Shown: positions 1 through 12,100 of the stretch, in pieces
How positions within the stretch are numbered: position 1 is the first letter of the stretch
Layout: each line of letters opens with the position of its first letter
From: Tubiluchus corallicola
Lineage: Eukaryota; Animalia; Priapulida
Length of the DNA stretch: 64,000 bases
Assembly (NCBI GenBank): GCA_030141605.1
Contig: JAQGDQ010000451.1
Coordinates: 124,001-188,000 of the forward strand
Direction: 5' to 3'
Program-made: the position numbers and the translations under genes
The notes under the pieces: model-generated
Told to the model about the DNA's origin: nothing
What the model saw: only the letters and a program-made list of their open reading frames with translations
The model's database searches: none

Positions 1-584
1 TTGTTACGTAACGTCGGTAAAACTAAGTTTATGCTTTTTCATAGTCAACGTAGCAGTAATGTGCCGCTTCTTAATATTAAAATTAATAACTGCATACAGA
101 ACCATTATTTAAAAAATACCAATTATTAAATTTAAAAGATTTATTCTTGGTCCAAAAGCTTTATTTCTTCTTTAATTATACTAATTCATCACTTCCTTTT
201 TATTTCACAATTCGTGTAGTTTCTAAAGGCTATGGCCATCATAATTATTTTACTCGGGGGTCCGACCACCAGCTCTACACTAATTTTTTGCAGAGCGATC
301 TCTGAAATATACTATTTATTCCCTCGTCAGTGACATATCTCGATATGTTACTGATAAGGCTGTAACCCACAGCTACCATGCCTTTAAACACTATTGCAAA
401 ATGTTTTTCATCAATACTTACACTGATTTTGTCACATGCTGCGCAATTGCTACGTAATTGCTATGCATGCTGTCTTCATGGCACTATGTAAGTTGACACA
501 AATTTTATGTCAATTCAACTGCAAAATTTATTAATAGTTACTACTGTCATTATTTGTCATTTTATTGATAATGGTGATAATGAC

Positions 585-585
<1 letters not shown>

Positions 586-656
<71 letters not shown>

Positions 657-670
657 ATTATTGTTATTAT
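586..670. repeat. (ATT)n microsatellite
   Basis: Direct reading; produces the poly-I and poly-N ORFs. Confidence 0.97.
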
Positions 671-980
671 TGATTTCGTTGTTGTCTTTGTTTGGTGCAG
701 CATTGGTTTTCACATCGACATAGCCTTTGTTTCTCTGTCTTTCTTCCCTTTCGTTCTTTTCATTCATCGCTCTTTTTCTCCTTTTCCATTTCTTTTTGAG
801 TTGGCCTTTAATTTATACAGGTGTATTGCCATTTTTAGGTCTCCTCAGCCACACAGATTTACTATTTGTAATTTACAGTCTAAATCATTACAGAAAACTC
901 AATTTGTGCATGTTCCTGTTGTTGGCTAAATAAATAAATCTTGAATCTTAATAAGTTCATTTGCCTATTGCGTTCTTTAG

Positions 981-1129
981 GTAATACCATTTAAACAGTT
1001 GACAACAGAATTCAAGACATACGAATCCAGGAGAAAATTGTGCAACATGTTCGACATTTTCCTAGCAGATGGAAAGCTAATGTCTCTTTTACCTCATAGG
1101 CTTGGCAAAGCATTTTTTAAAAAGAAAAA
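981..1129 (+). CDS. RSL1D1: RSL1D1-like gene, internal coding exon (first seen in window; upstream exons lie outside)
   Basis: Acceptor ttctttag|, donor |gtaagt. Translates VIPFKQLTTEFKTYESRRKLCNMFDIFLADGKLMSLLPHRLGKAFFKKK(K), matching the RSL1D1/Utp30 ribosomal-L1 motif (EYKxYExKxxLxxxFDxFLxDxRIxxLLPxxLGKxFxxKKK). Missed by the ORF track. Confidence 0.92.
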
Positions 1130-2078
1130 GTAAGTACCGGCCCTTTCTTTTTGAAATCACCAAACTTGGAAAAGCGGGCTGCTTAGTCGAATGTGTTGAT
1201 TTTTTTAAGTAAAAAATTACTTTTCTGAATGTTGTCATAGCAAAATACCACTTTTTGAAGGGCTTTTAATACTTCCTTGTGATTTTCTGAGCTCGAGCAT
1301 AAAATTGCAACTGGGACAACATAGTATACGTGTTGAGCCTGAGCGAGTAACAGATTTGTGCCCCAAATAAATGTTTTAAAACAAATACAGTAGTACCTCT
1401 GTTTTCGACCATAATTCATTCCTAAAAAGTGTTTGAAAACCGATTTGGTTGAGTACCGAATCATTTATTTTCCTAAGAAATGTAAAAGCAAATGATCTAT
1501 TCTTAAGCACCAAATGAACTGTAAAGTATTACTAAAACGAAATATAATAATGCAAAAATGTTTATGCAAACAGTAGATATGATACAATTGATAAGAAAAA
1601 CATAATAGAATTACGTTGAAAGAAAGACATAATTGTTCCTGCACGTAGAAAGCGGAGAAAAGTAAGTGTAGAAAGCACTTAGCGATATTAGGCGATTCAA
1701 ATGTTGTGCGTGACTACTCTCGGGCGCGGTCGGTTACGCTCGGCTCTACTCGGCTCACCGCGCATGCGTTCATCACGTGTTTGGTGGTTGGTCGAGAGCG
1801 GAGACAATTTCAGCTCGAATTTTCTGGTCGAAAAACAATTTGTACGATTACGTAGACATTCGACAACGGAGGTGTGACTGTATTGAGTTTTATTTAGCTG
1901 AAAATCATGATGTGCTGTGAGTTTTATGATGTACTTTTAGTCCACTTTAAGTGCCTCTTTCTTTTTTCTTTGATGCAAATAATTTATAGGGAACATCCAT
2001 GTTGTAATGATCTTCCGTTCTACTAATTTAGTGTTCTAATCAGTCGGTTTATTACTAAACTTTGTTTGTCTGGTTTAG

Positions 2079-2180
2079 GATGCCAATTCAAGTTAACCTT
2101 GATGCACGTGATTTGAAGAAGGAAATCTACAAGGTGTTGGATCGGACGTATTGCACAATGAGCGGATCGGGACCGTCTTG
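2079..2180 (+). CDS. RSL1D1: RSL1D1-like coding exon
   Basis: tggtttag| ... |gtgagt. The phase-2 junction restores Lys; encodes MPIQVNLDARDLKKEIYKVLDRTYCTMSGSGPS(C), the expected PxxVNL..L..EI segment. Confidence 0.92.
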
Positions 2181-2970
2181 GTGAGTGGTAATAATTCATT
2201 GGTGAACAGTGAACAGTGTATACAGTACAATTTGGTGCTTAGTTGAAGGAAGGATATGCAGATGGAATTAGATAACACGACGGTCAGATTAACAGTTAAC
2301 AACCAGATTTTTTTTTTCATTTTACAAATTCTGTTAAAAAACACATCATTTAACCTTTACTACTTAAAAAAATGTCCCCAACTCGACCGTCAAAACGTGT
2401 AGCGTTGATGGAGCCAGATCAGCGACTCCACTCCGTGCTTGGAATGGCGGAATGCCAGAAATTATGTGAACGCAAAAAAATTAATTTCTCTGTGTTTTCT
2501 AATGCCCAATTCAGCACACTTCTAAGAAAAACTGCCACAGTGCCATTATTAGAAATGGTACAACAATGAAAACAGGATCAGTCAGTCGATCTTACCCAAG
2601 ACGTTATCCTAGCAGCTAGCTTGTGATTAAAGTCACAAAATTAAGTTGTACTGTATAGCGAGCTCTTTTTGCTTCAATCCAAGTTTGTACTGTGTAGCTA
2701 AAAAAATCAGGAAAGCAGCGTGAGCTGAGCAGAAACTGTGGTGGTGGGCAGGTCGCGAGGTCGGGAATAGCGAAACACCAAAAGGTTGTTATTTTGTTTC
2801 AGGTATTTGTACTCTGCTTTGATTACCTAGCAATTAATTAAAATTTACTGTGAATTTTTCTTCCCTTCTGGTTAACAACATAATTCAAGTCTCAACATTG
2901 GCAATCCATGATAGCCCAATTCTTTCACTAAGAAGTTTTTTGCAAATATAAGTTGAAAGTTTTTTTGCAG

Positions 2971-3137
2971 CACGTTCGTCGTTGCCCACACGGGACTGAC
3001 GGAGATGGAAATCACCAAAAACATCTTGTCGTGCATGGACAAACTGGACGCTGTCCTGCCAGGTGGACGAGCTAATGTTCGTGGTCTATATTTAAAGACG
3101 GCCACCTCACCGGCTTTGCCCTATTATTATTCATTTG
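2971..3137 (+). CDS. RSL1D1: RSL1D1-like coding exon
   Basis: ttttttgcag| ... |gtaaga. Encodes TFVVAHTGLTEMEITKNILSCMDKLDAVLPGGRANVRGLYLKTATSPALPYYYSF, the end of the L1 domain (H.GM..I.ENI...LP..W.NV..L..KT..S.ALP). Confidence 0.93.
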
Positions 3138-3367
3138 GTAAGAAAACTTTGCAGAGTTTATTAGTGGTTTTGCTCTCTTTGTGGAACTGCTAGCCAGTGT
3201 CCATTGCAAGTTGGACCCGTTTCTTTAAGAAAAAATAGAAATCCAATCCAAGCATTAGGCAGAATGAAGTTTCTGTCAAGTTCATGTTCAAAAACTAATT
3301 TTCATTGCTAAAAACGCATTCATAATCCCAATTTCAGGAGTTTCTGTTAACGATGAAATAAACACTG

Positions 3368-3874
3368 TTAACCCTTTCAGTCCCAAATTGTACTTTAGTA
3401 AACAAAAAGCTAAGTACTGGACTTGCAAAGAGGTTTTTGCACATCATTGCATTATTGAGTGTAACAACAAAACAGTTTTTGTGCTGCATTTCTGTGTCTA
3501 TTATTATGAATTACAACCGTTTGTTCCCAATGTATCCTGTGGGATGCACAACATTCTTTGTCATGTCCAAAAAAAACAACAAAAGCAAAAAATGTGCTTC
3601 ATTTTACAACTGCTGATAATTTTTTAAAGTATTTAAGACATTAAGTATGCACTCTATGCTGATCTGTACAAAGTGTCTCTAAAGTACTGCACCTTGCGCA
3701 GTTTTTTATGCTATGTAGATTTTCTAGTTTGCCGTTTTATCACCATTTTTAGTCTATTGTTATTGGCTTAAATCAAAATAACTATTAACAGATCAAATAA
3801 CTGTCAGTTTCAAAATTTCATTAATTTTAAAGGCAGAAAATATTCTCGTATCCCGCGGGATATGAAAGGGTTAA
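3368..3874. mobile_element. piggyBac-type non-autonomous element (MITE) in RSL1D1 intron
   Basis: TTAA|CCCTTTCAGTCCC ... GGGATATGAAAGGG|TTAA: CCC termini, short imperfect TIR, TTAA target duplication. The same left end recurs at 34650. Confidence 0.8.
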
Positions 3875-4617
3875 TGCTTTTTTGAAACCAGACATAGTAG
3901 AAAAGAAAGGAGTATGAAAGAGTTGCATCCTGCTAGATTTCACGGGTTATTCTGCGCTCTAGATGAAACAAAATGACTCCCATGTGAATAAACTAAAATA
4001 TTGGAGGATTAAACTGGTTGGTGGGTTATTAGATTTCAAGAACTATGGCTTGAATCAGTGGCCGTGTAGTGGTGACATCATGATGGACTTGTATGGGTGT
4101 ATGGCAGTAGTCTTGGCATGTGCCTTACAATGTAAAGGTCGCTGGTTCAAGTCCAAGGGTCATTATAATCTGTAAAACATTTCTTCCTGTCTGGTTTGAT
4201 TATTAAAAATTGATAATAACGAGTTTTGCCATCGTTAATTGTTAAGTGCGCCTTCTGAATGTCGAAGCTCCATGTTTCGGAACAAGTGTTTGCAAAAATT
4301 TTGAAAATATATTAAACTACTTAATGAGTCATTTCCTCTCTTTATTAAAATGTAGTTAGTAATATTTTGATTGCTTATTGTATTGGGCATTTGATGTTGG
4401 GTCAATCAAATGTGTGTTTTTAATTATTTGTTGCAACTGTATGTTTTGTCTAATACTAATGAAATGATGTTAGATGTTGTTGTAGTGATGATGCTGGTTT
4501 GAATGCGGAAGACCTGAGTTCAAATCCAACTGTGGAAAGAAACTATTTTTCGAGACTTTGTTAATTTATTTCATGCATTTCTGTATAATAAATGCAGTTT
4601 GTATTCCGTTTTTGCAG

Positions 4618-4712
4618 GATCGAAGCAAGACGTGGACTTGCCAAAACCAGAAGTTACTTTGTTTGAAGATCTGCTAGAAGATGTCACCACTGTGACGTCA
4701 GGGAAAGTCCTG
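4618..4712 (+). CDS. RSL1D1: RSL1D1-like coding exon
   Basis: tttttgcag| ... |gtaaga. Phase 1 in, phase 0 out, and open: (G)SKQDVDLPKPEVTLFEDLLEDVTTVTSGKVL. Confidence 0.82.
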
Positions 4713-5026
4713 GTAAGAAGCAATAAGATTAGGTGTTGTACAATAATAGTCAGTGAAACTTGTTGATATGTAAACATTACACAAAATCTATAATATATTT
4801 TTATTGATACTGAACAACAAAAATTTTGGTTTCATTCATCTAACAATCAAATTTGGTTTTGTTTAAATCACGAGCAAATTTTCGTAAAACATTGAGATAG
4901 GAATCTGTATCATCAGAATCTACCACCAGTGACACTTGTTAAAGTAGCAAATCTCTTTTACAGTCTTGCTAAATGAGTGGCTCCATCCATTTCTGGGCAA
5001 TGCATATCAGAAATTTTAAGCAATCG

Positions 5027-5636
5027 TGATTATTTTTGCCTAGGTAACTGATAACCAGGTGTGATAATTTTTGCCTAAGTAACTGATTACCAGGTGTAGT
5101 TATTTTTGCCTAGGTAACTGATTACCAGGTGTAGTTATTTTTGCCTAAGTAACTGATTACCAGGTGTAGTTATTTTTGCCTAGGTAACTGATTACCAGAT
5201 GTGATTATTTTTGCCTAGGTAATTGATAACCAGGGTGATTATTTTTGCCTAGGTAACTGATTACCAGATGTGATTATTTTTGCCTAGGTAACTGATTACC
5301 AGGTGTGATTATTTTTGCATAGTTAACTGATTACCAGGTGTGATTATTTTTGCCTAGGTAACTGATTACCAGATGTGATTATTTTTGCCTAGGTAACTGA
5401 TTACCAGATGTGATTATTTTTGCCTAGGTAACTGATTACCAGGTGTGATTATTTTTGCCTAGGTAACTGATTACCAGATGTGATTATTTTTGCCTAGGTA
5501 ACTGATTACCAGGTGTGATTATTTTTGCCTAGGTAACTGATTACCAGGTGTGATTATTTTTGCCTAGGTAACTGATTACCAGATGTGATTATTTTTGCCT
5601 AGGTAACTGATTACCAGATGTGATTATTTTTGCCTA
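5027..5636. repeat. 35-bp minisatellite, ~17 copies, in RSL1D1 intron
   Basis: Unit GTGATTATTTTTGCCTAGGTAACTGATTACCA(G/A)T; no unique spacers. Confidence 0.97.
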
Positions 5637-5744
5637 TCTCACAAAGACCATTTTGTTCTGCAGTAGAAATGGAATAATTTGTTTAAAAACTGTGCACAGA
5701 ATTCGAGCTAAATTGTGTCATTTTTGGTAGTTGAAGTGGTGAAT

Positions 5745-6158
5745 TACACTCATATCTCAGTTTGCCGGACCTCGCTTTTACAGATATTGGAAAATTCGGA
5801 CATGTGTCCTGAATAATATGAACACAGTCCGTTATTTTGCGAGCTGGCCACTAGTTGGTGGGCCGTCACTTTGTTTACATCACGTACATCAGTGTAACCA
5901 TGTGTATATCTCTATGTATAAAATGTAGAATCGATTATGCAGAGTTATTGAAGTCAGTTGCCGATAGTTTTTATATACTGTTGCATAAGAGCGGCCCGTA
6001 CTAGATGTTTTTGAGACAATTAGGCGATTGATTCTACATTACTGTGAGTCTAATACACGGCACCTACCGTATTAGTTTAGTATTAGAAAATACGGACAAT
6101 CGGCAAATTTGGACCGACGCCACTCCGCTTGTGTCCAGCAAACCGAGACATGAGTGTA
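5745..6158. mobile_element. Tc1/mariner (pogo/Tigger-like) MITE
   Basis: TA|CACTCATATCTCAGTTTGCCGGAC ... GTCCAGCAAACCGAGACATGAGTG|TA: ~24-bp imperfect TIR with TA target duplication. Confidence 0.8.
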
Positions 6159-6521
6159 TTCAAATCCATAATCTTAGGTTCGAGTTGAATTCGAAGGTTC
6201 AGTGCTCACCTCTACTGATTAGTGTAATAACTGCTGATCTGATACTAATGTTCTGTAAATAGCAGCATTTGACATATCACACTGATAACTCATCATGGCC
6301 ATTGTGTGATCAGTATTCAATCAGTGCTGTTAAGCTTCGAACTTGATAATTTGTGGCAGTTTTTACAAACATTGCTGTACATTTGCAAGCGTCTTGCTTC
6401 ATTGTTTTTAGCCTAAATTTTTGGTATTAGACAGCAATCATTTAACAATCAGTTAATGGGAAAAGTAATCGATGTTACTTTTTCAGTAATACGTATTTGC
6501 TGATTTAGAATTCTTTTTCAG

Positions 6522-7193
6522 ATTCGACCCGATGGCTACATCAAAGTAATAGGCCCAGAAGAAGAAGAGAAACTGATAGCAGCAAGAGCTACAGCTGGCA
6601 ACGAAACAGTTAAAGAAGGTGATGATGTCATGCTACTGCCTGATGTAGAAGTAAAGCAAGAGCTAGACGATACGTTAGAATATGACTACACGGCAACAGA
6701 AAATGGCAAAAGAGATTCCGGTAAATGCGTTAAAAAACTGACGAATACTTTAACAGAAGGAGAAGATGCTATGATGGCTGATGACACAAACAGGAGGAAG
6801 GGTGTGTCAAAGCGAAAGCGGGAGACTTCCGAGAAGGGGACGTCCCTGAAAACAGGAAGCCAGTCGGAACAAAACGGGTTGAAGAAAAAAGCGAAGAAAA
6901 GAAAATCAACAAACGGTGAACAGGAAGTTGTAACTAGGACTGAAATTAATGAAGCTGTTGACACAGATGGAATTAAAGAACACAGGAAAACGAGGAAGGC
7001 AGAGAAGTTGCTAACAGTGCACAAAGAAATGGGAAAGAACTTTGCTAAAAAGAAAGTAAAGGAGATACCACAAAATTTACAGAAGACGCCAGACAAACGG
7101 GTGTTAAACAATAAGAATAAGAATATTTCATCTGCTAAGAAGCCAGTAAAAGTGAAAAACTCACTATCAAAAAAGAAACGAAAATCTTATTAG
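6522..7193 (+). CDS. RSL1D1: RSL1D1-like terminal exon, Lys/Glu-rich tail
   Basis: ttctttttcag|ATTCGACCC is in frame with ORF 6630-7193. Basic low-complexity tail with NLS/NoLS-like clusters (KKKAKKRK, KKKRKSY*), as expected for RSL1D1. Confidence 0.88.
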   Translation: MRPDGYIKVIGPEEEEKLIAARATAGNETVKEGDDVMLLPDVEVKQELDDTLEYDYTATENGKRDSGKCVKKLTNTLTEGEDAMMADDTNRRKGVSKRKRETSEKGTSLKTGSQSEQNGLKKKAKKRKSTNGEQEVVTRTEINEAVDTDGIKEHRKTRKAEKLLTVHKEMGKNFAKKKVKEIPQNLQKTPDKRVLNNKNKNISSAKKPVKVKNSLSKKKRKSY

Positions 7194-7290
7194 AGTAATC
7201 AGAGGTAAAAAAGTGGTGGAGAAATGACAATAATTTATTGGAAGTACCCTTGGTCTGTCTGCCTGTTATTCAGCAGATGGGGTCCATGTG

Positions 7291-7350
7291 AAGAACATCT
7301 TCACTGTGATCTCAGTTGTCAAGAACATCTTCACTGTGGTCTCAGTTGTC
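7291..7350. repeat. 30-bp direct duplication in RSL1D1 3' UTR
   Basis: AAGAACATCTTCACTGTG(A/G)TCTCAGTTGTC x2. Confidence 0.9.
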
Positions 7351-7489
7351 TTCTAAGTATGAATAAGCAAACTCTGAACAGTCACAGCCATGGACAGAAG
7401 TTTCACATTTCATGTTTTTAGGATCTGAACCTAAAATGGTAAAATTTTGGCAAATTTGAAGAAGTGTACACATGATGGTTTGAAATGCA

Positions 7490-7658
7490 AATAAATTATT
7501 TTATCTTAATTAGATATTGTTCTTTCTGTATATTGAAGCGAGGTCTTATTTTTGTTTATATTGTGTAGTTGCTGGAGTAGTGTATTTGCTATACATTTGG
7601 TAAGTAATAGATGTGAAATGCTATCCAGAAGATGTGATGTTTATGGTAGAGAAATAAA
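7490..7658 (+). terminator. Candidate polyadenylation signals of RSL1D1
   Basis: AATAAA at 7490-7495 and 7653-7658 downstream of the stop codon, followed by T/GT-rich sequence. Confidence 0.45.
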
Positions 7659-8290
7659 GATGTGTTTAATATATCCCAATGTCTTCGCTGAGAATTTGGA
7701 TTTGGCATAAAATTAGTTGTTCGAAGAATCTTGATAAACCACCAGTACCACTTAGAATGCTTGTGCATTTTTGATGCCCAAATGTGAATATGGTGCTAGT
7801 AATTTTAGGACACAATGCACTATGCAAACATTCAGCCGTATAACATGTTAAACTTCACACCTGTGAATGGTCAGTAAGGCGAGAACATTCCACCTGGTGT
7901 TTTCCTCGACAGTAACGATTTGGCGCAGTTCTTGTAAAAACTTCTTACAAATATTTTTGCATTGTTGTGCCATCTATATTTAACAACTAATAACTTTTAA
8001 ACCTTAATGTCTGCATTAAATGCCCTAAGAATATATTTCATCACTTTCATTTTGCCTGCATAGTTTCAAAATTATCAGAGTTTAAACCCCAGGATGTTAA
8101 TTAAATGTTTCAAACAAACATAGTCGAAATAGGGTAATGTTTAGAAATGGTAAGACAGTGTAGCAATGTAGCACATTATGAACAAGTTCCTATTCGGTCC
8201 TACCAGTTCACCCAACATTTTAACACTTGCTGCCTGGCTATTAGGATCAGGCTGTTGAAACTTTGGCTTTCGCCGTTCACACGACTGTGG

Positions 8291-8913
8291 TTAAAAGACA
8301 AGAAAAGAGGCACCTGAAGTAGGTTTCAGAAAAATCTCCTTAAAAATTATATTACTTTATAGCAATTTTATGCGTATATCTTACTCGCGTTGAAAGGATT
8401 TTAGATTATTTCCATTTTAAATTTCCCGCAATATTGTTCCGACGGCGCCATTACGTGACGTCATATACGCACAACGTAAATCTGGGGAAAAAGGAAATGT
8501 TAAATTATGTCCCAAAAAACTTTCAATGCAAAATTATATTACTTAGCATTTCGCTTACATGCTGAAAGACTTACCTAACTAGAAAAGAAAATTATCTCCA
8601 GGGTGCACCACTCACTAAAAAAACGTATTTTTAAGTCTTATTGACAAGATACAATAATTTTAAATTTTACTCAGTGACGTGTGCGTTACGAATGTTCTGA
8701 TTATTTTTTCAAAGTTTAAACACTTATCTAAACTTATTTTAAATGACCTATCGTCAAAATGGCTGGTCATCGCGGGAGTTTAAATTTTCAAGATTTATGC
8801 AGCGTTACTACCGACTGAAGTCCTGTACGTAAACAGGCAATATGTAAGTGGTATAAAATTTCAAGACGAATTTTTTAAGCTTTATGTAAGTGGAGGGTTT
8901 TCTTGTGCTTTAC
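8291..8913 (+). mobile_element. Kolobok-like non-autonomous DNA transposon, family A copy 1
   Basis: TTAA|AAGACAAGAAAA ... TTTTCTTGTGCT|TTAC; interior aligns with 39353-40029 and with the reverse complement of 23388-24059. Confidence 0.8.
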
Positions 8914-9153
8914 ATATGTCTGTAAATTTTAATTCTGCGTATTCTTGCTCTTTTCAAATCCCCAGACGACAAGATGCTTGATTGAGTTCTACGTCTGCTG
9001 CCCAACCTTGTTTCGTATTATGCCGCTTTACAAAGTGCTTCTGTAATTTTCCTCGAAACCCTTAAAATGTCATTTTGCGTCTCCATTTACTACCGAATTT
9101 AGCGAGCATGTGGTTAAATTTGCCCAGAATCCATTTGATTTCTATTCATTTGC

Positions 9154-12100
9154 TTTGCGGTGCCACTGGATAAAGTACCTTGATAAATAGACTTGCAAAA
9201 ACTTCCACTCCATCAGTTATATGAACATGGAAGCCGTACTTAGATTATTATTTCATTTAAATTAATGAAATACGAAATGAAAAGAGTTTTTTCAAAGCTG
9301 ATGGTGACTTTGACTGCGGACAAGGGATTATTTTTTGATTGCTCTTCGAAGGTCCAGTCCACCATCCAACTGCAAATCAGTCGTTAGGTTGACAGTTCAA
9401 TCCCGCTCAACTCCCTTATGGATTTATGGTTGTTTATATAGGAAGCCCCTTACACGACTGTTTGTGCTGTGTTAGTAGCACTAATACCTATTTGCACGCT
9501 TGCCCTGCTTTTGCTATACTGAGCTTATATTAAACCAAACAACGTAATTGCTAGTGGTGTGTTAAAAATGCCTGATTACGGTGAATGTGCTTTGAACAGA
9601 GATACGCATTTTCCGAGGATTAAAAGAATTTTTTAACACTGCATCTCTAAAATCTTGCGCCTTTCAAAATTTTGCGCCCTAGGCTATAAATAGTTAACCT
9701 ATTGATAGATACGCCCCTGGTTCTGACACTGACCTGGCAGAGGTCACTAAGAAACGTTTTAGCCATTTCCCACTATCCAGAGCGAGTAGCCCGACAATCG
9801 TCCTCCGTTCACAGCCTAATAGTAACAGATACTGTTCACATGTTAGGACTAATGCTGTACCTTGCTATATCTGCTCGGAGGTATTGAGTTCGAGTCTTAG
9901 CGGAGTAAACAAAATTCGGACTCCATTTCATTACGGCTTTTATGGGATTGATACAATGCGGATTGTATATGGCCACTGTCCCCAGGTGTATCTAGTACAC
10001 AGCGTAAATGTGTGTCAACATATTTTCGATTGTTTATACATTTATTGTCCTAAATGTGTTCTTGTAATGACTTGTGCTTTCAGTAATTTCGGTAAAAAAA
10101 TAACACAAAAAGCATTTCAAGTACCGCCACCTGGCGTTAGACATCCTAAACACATCAATGTTTCATAATGCATTCACTTTAAACTAATATGCGACATCTA
10201 ATTCACCTTATTTCCGTTTCGTTCGATATTCGTGAATCTATTTTGGAAAAATTTCTAATTTTCTCCTTGAAAGAGTTTCGCTTAGCGTATTCTGATATAA
10301 ATAATCATTTATGTAACGTTCTCAGTAATGGGAGCCTTAATTAAGTTAGCGCCATAAATTCTCCTGTCGTCTTTGGTTTTGAAAAATATTCCTTGTTGGT
10401 TTTGAGTAATGTGTTCAGCGCAAAGATAATCTGCTTCAAGTCTAGTGTGATCATTCAAAGGAAAGGGTGTAAAAGTAAGATTTATATCAAGGACTGTGAC
10501 GCATGCGTAGAAAGTAGTTAAAAATGGAAAAAACGTTGCCTTCGAATTGGAGACAAGTGATTACGGGCTTAGCGACCACTGTCGATACAGAATCCTTGAT
10601 AATTACACCATGTTCCGGCCCTGCCACACCTTAAATAAGTCCAGCCATTGAGTGTTATTTGTCCACTCTCAGTGAAGAAATACCCGGAGAACAGTATACC
10701 GCAAAATAAACGTCAAGAATAATTATTGAACAGGCGGTCATCAATCCGTTTACTGGCCATGTTCAGAATTGCTTAATTTCAGTTGCTAAGCACACAGAGT
10801 AACAATTAACTAATCACCCCGCCCACCTTAATGATCCATGGACATCTTCCCTGAAAGAGGCAAACAGCTAAGAACAGAACGACCAATGATACCAGCCAGA
10901 ACCAGTTTTCCTTTGTAATTAGGGTCGCCAATCCATTTTCTAGCCAAACACAGCGTACTCAATTTCGCAGTCGAATGAAACACTGTAACCAGTCTATTTT
11001 TCACCGTTATCATCATCAGTACCACCACCACCATCATTATCATCACCATCATCGTCATCACCATCAAACAGTAGCGTCAACAGCAACTAAAGGCAAAGTA
11101 AGCATGTGTGAAAAGTGACAATATTAGTTTAACGTGTCAAGATGTAGACTTTTGCTTTCATTACAATGGCATTCCATTACAAAGTTGATATCTGCAACAT
11201 TAAAAGTTAACGTAATTATTAAAGGAAAAAGCAACAGATGAACAACGTTCGTTGTATTTTAATGTAGGCTTAGAAATAGTGAAATTATCCAGTAAAATGC
11301 GAACATGAAATCTCTTGGTTAAAAGTGCAAAAGAAATTTAATTCATTGTCAACTTCCGTCAAACCAACCTTGCTGCACATATTTGAAAAAAACATGAAAA
11401 GCTTTTGGACAGCACGAAGGCACGCCACAATGACTACGCGTAAAAAAATTTCTGCAGTTCACTCAGAAAATCTGCTGTTCCAAGTGTTTGTTATAACTGT
11501 GTTTTTGCGGTGCCACTGGATAAAGTACCTTGATAAATAGACTTGCAAAAACTTCCACTCCATCAGTTATATGAACATGGAAGCCGTACTTAGATTATTA
11601 TTTCATTTAAATTAATGAAATACGAAATGAAAAGAGTTTTTTCAAAGCTGATGGTGACTTTGACTGCGGACAAGGGATTATTTTTTGATTGCTCTTCGAA
11701 GGTCCAGTCCACCATCCAACTGCAAATCAGTCGTTAGGTTGACAGTTCAATCCCGCTCAACTCCCTTATGGATTTATGGTTGTTTATATAGGAAGCCCCT
11801 TACACGACTGTTTGTGCTGTGTTAGTAGCACTAATACCTATTTGCACGCTTGCCCTGCTTTTGCTATACTGAGCTTATATTAAACCAAACAACGTAATTG
11901 CTAGTGGTGTGTTAAAAATGCCTGATTACGGTGAATGTGCTTAGAACAGAGATACGCATTTTCCGAGGATTAAAAGAATTTTTTAACACTGCATCTCTAA
12001 AATCTTGCGCCCTTCAAAATTTTGCGCCCTAGGCTATAAATAGTTAACTTATTGATAGATACGCCCCTGGTTCTGACACTGACCTGGCAGAGGTCACTAA

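Noticed and set aside
4460-4525. Intronic box C/D snoRNA in RSL1D1 (ATGATGT...GTGATGA...CTGA)
   Set aside because: It is short, box C is imperfect, I recognise no rRNA guide, and the CTGA overlaps a SINE-like B-box (GAGTTCAAATCC). snoscan or Infernal would settle it.
5027-5636. CRISPR-like arrays (35-, 32- and 37-bp units, also at 20551 and 63591)
   Set aside because: Units are head-to-tail with no unique spacers, no cas genes are present, and the context is eukaryotic.
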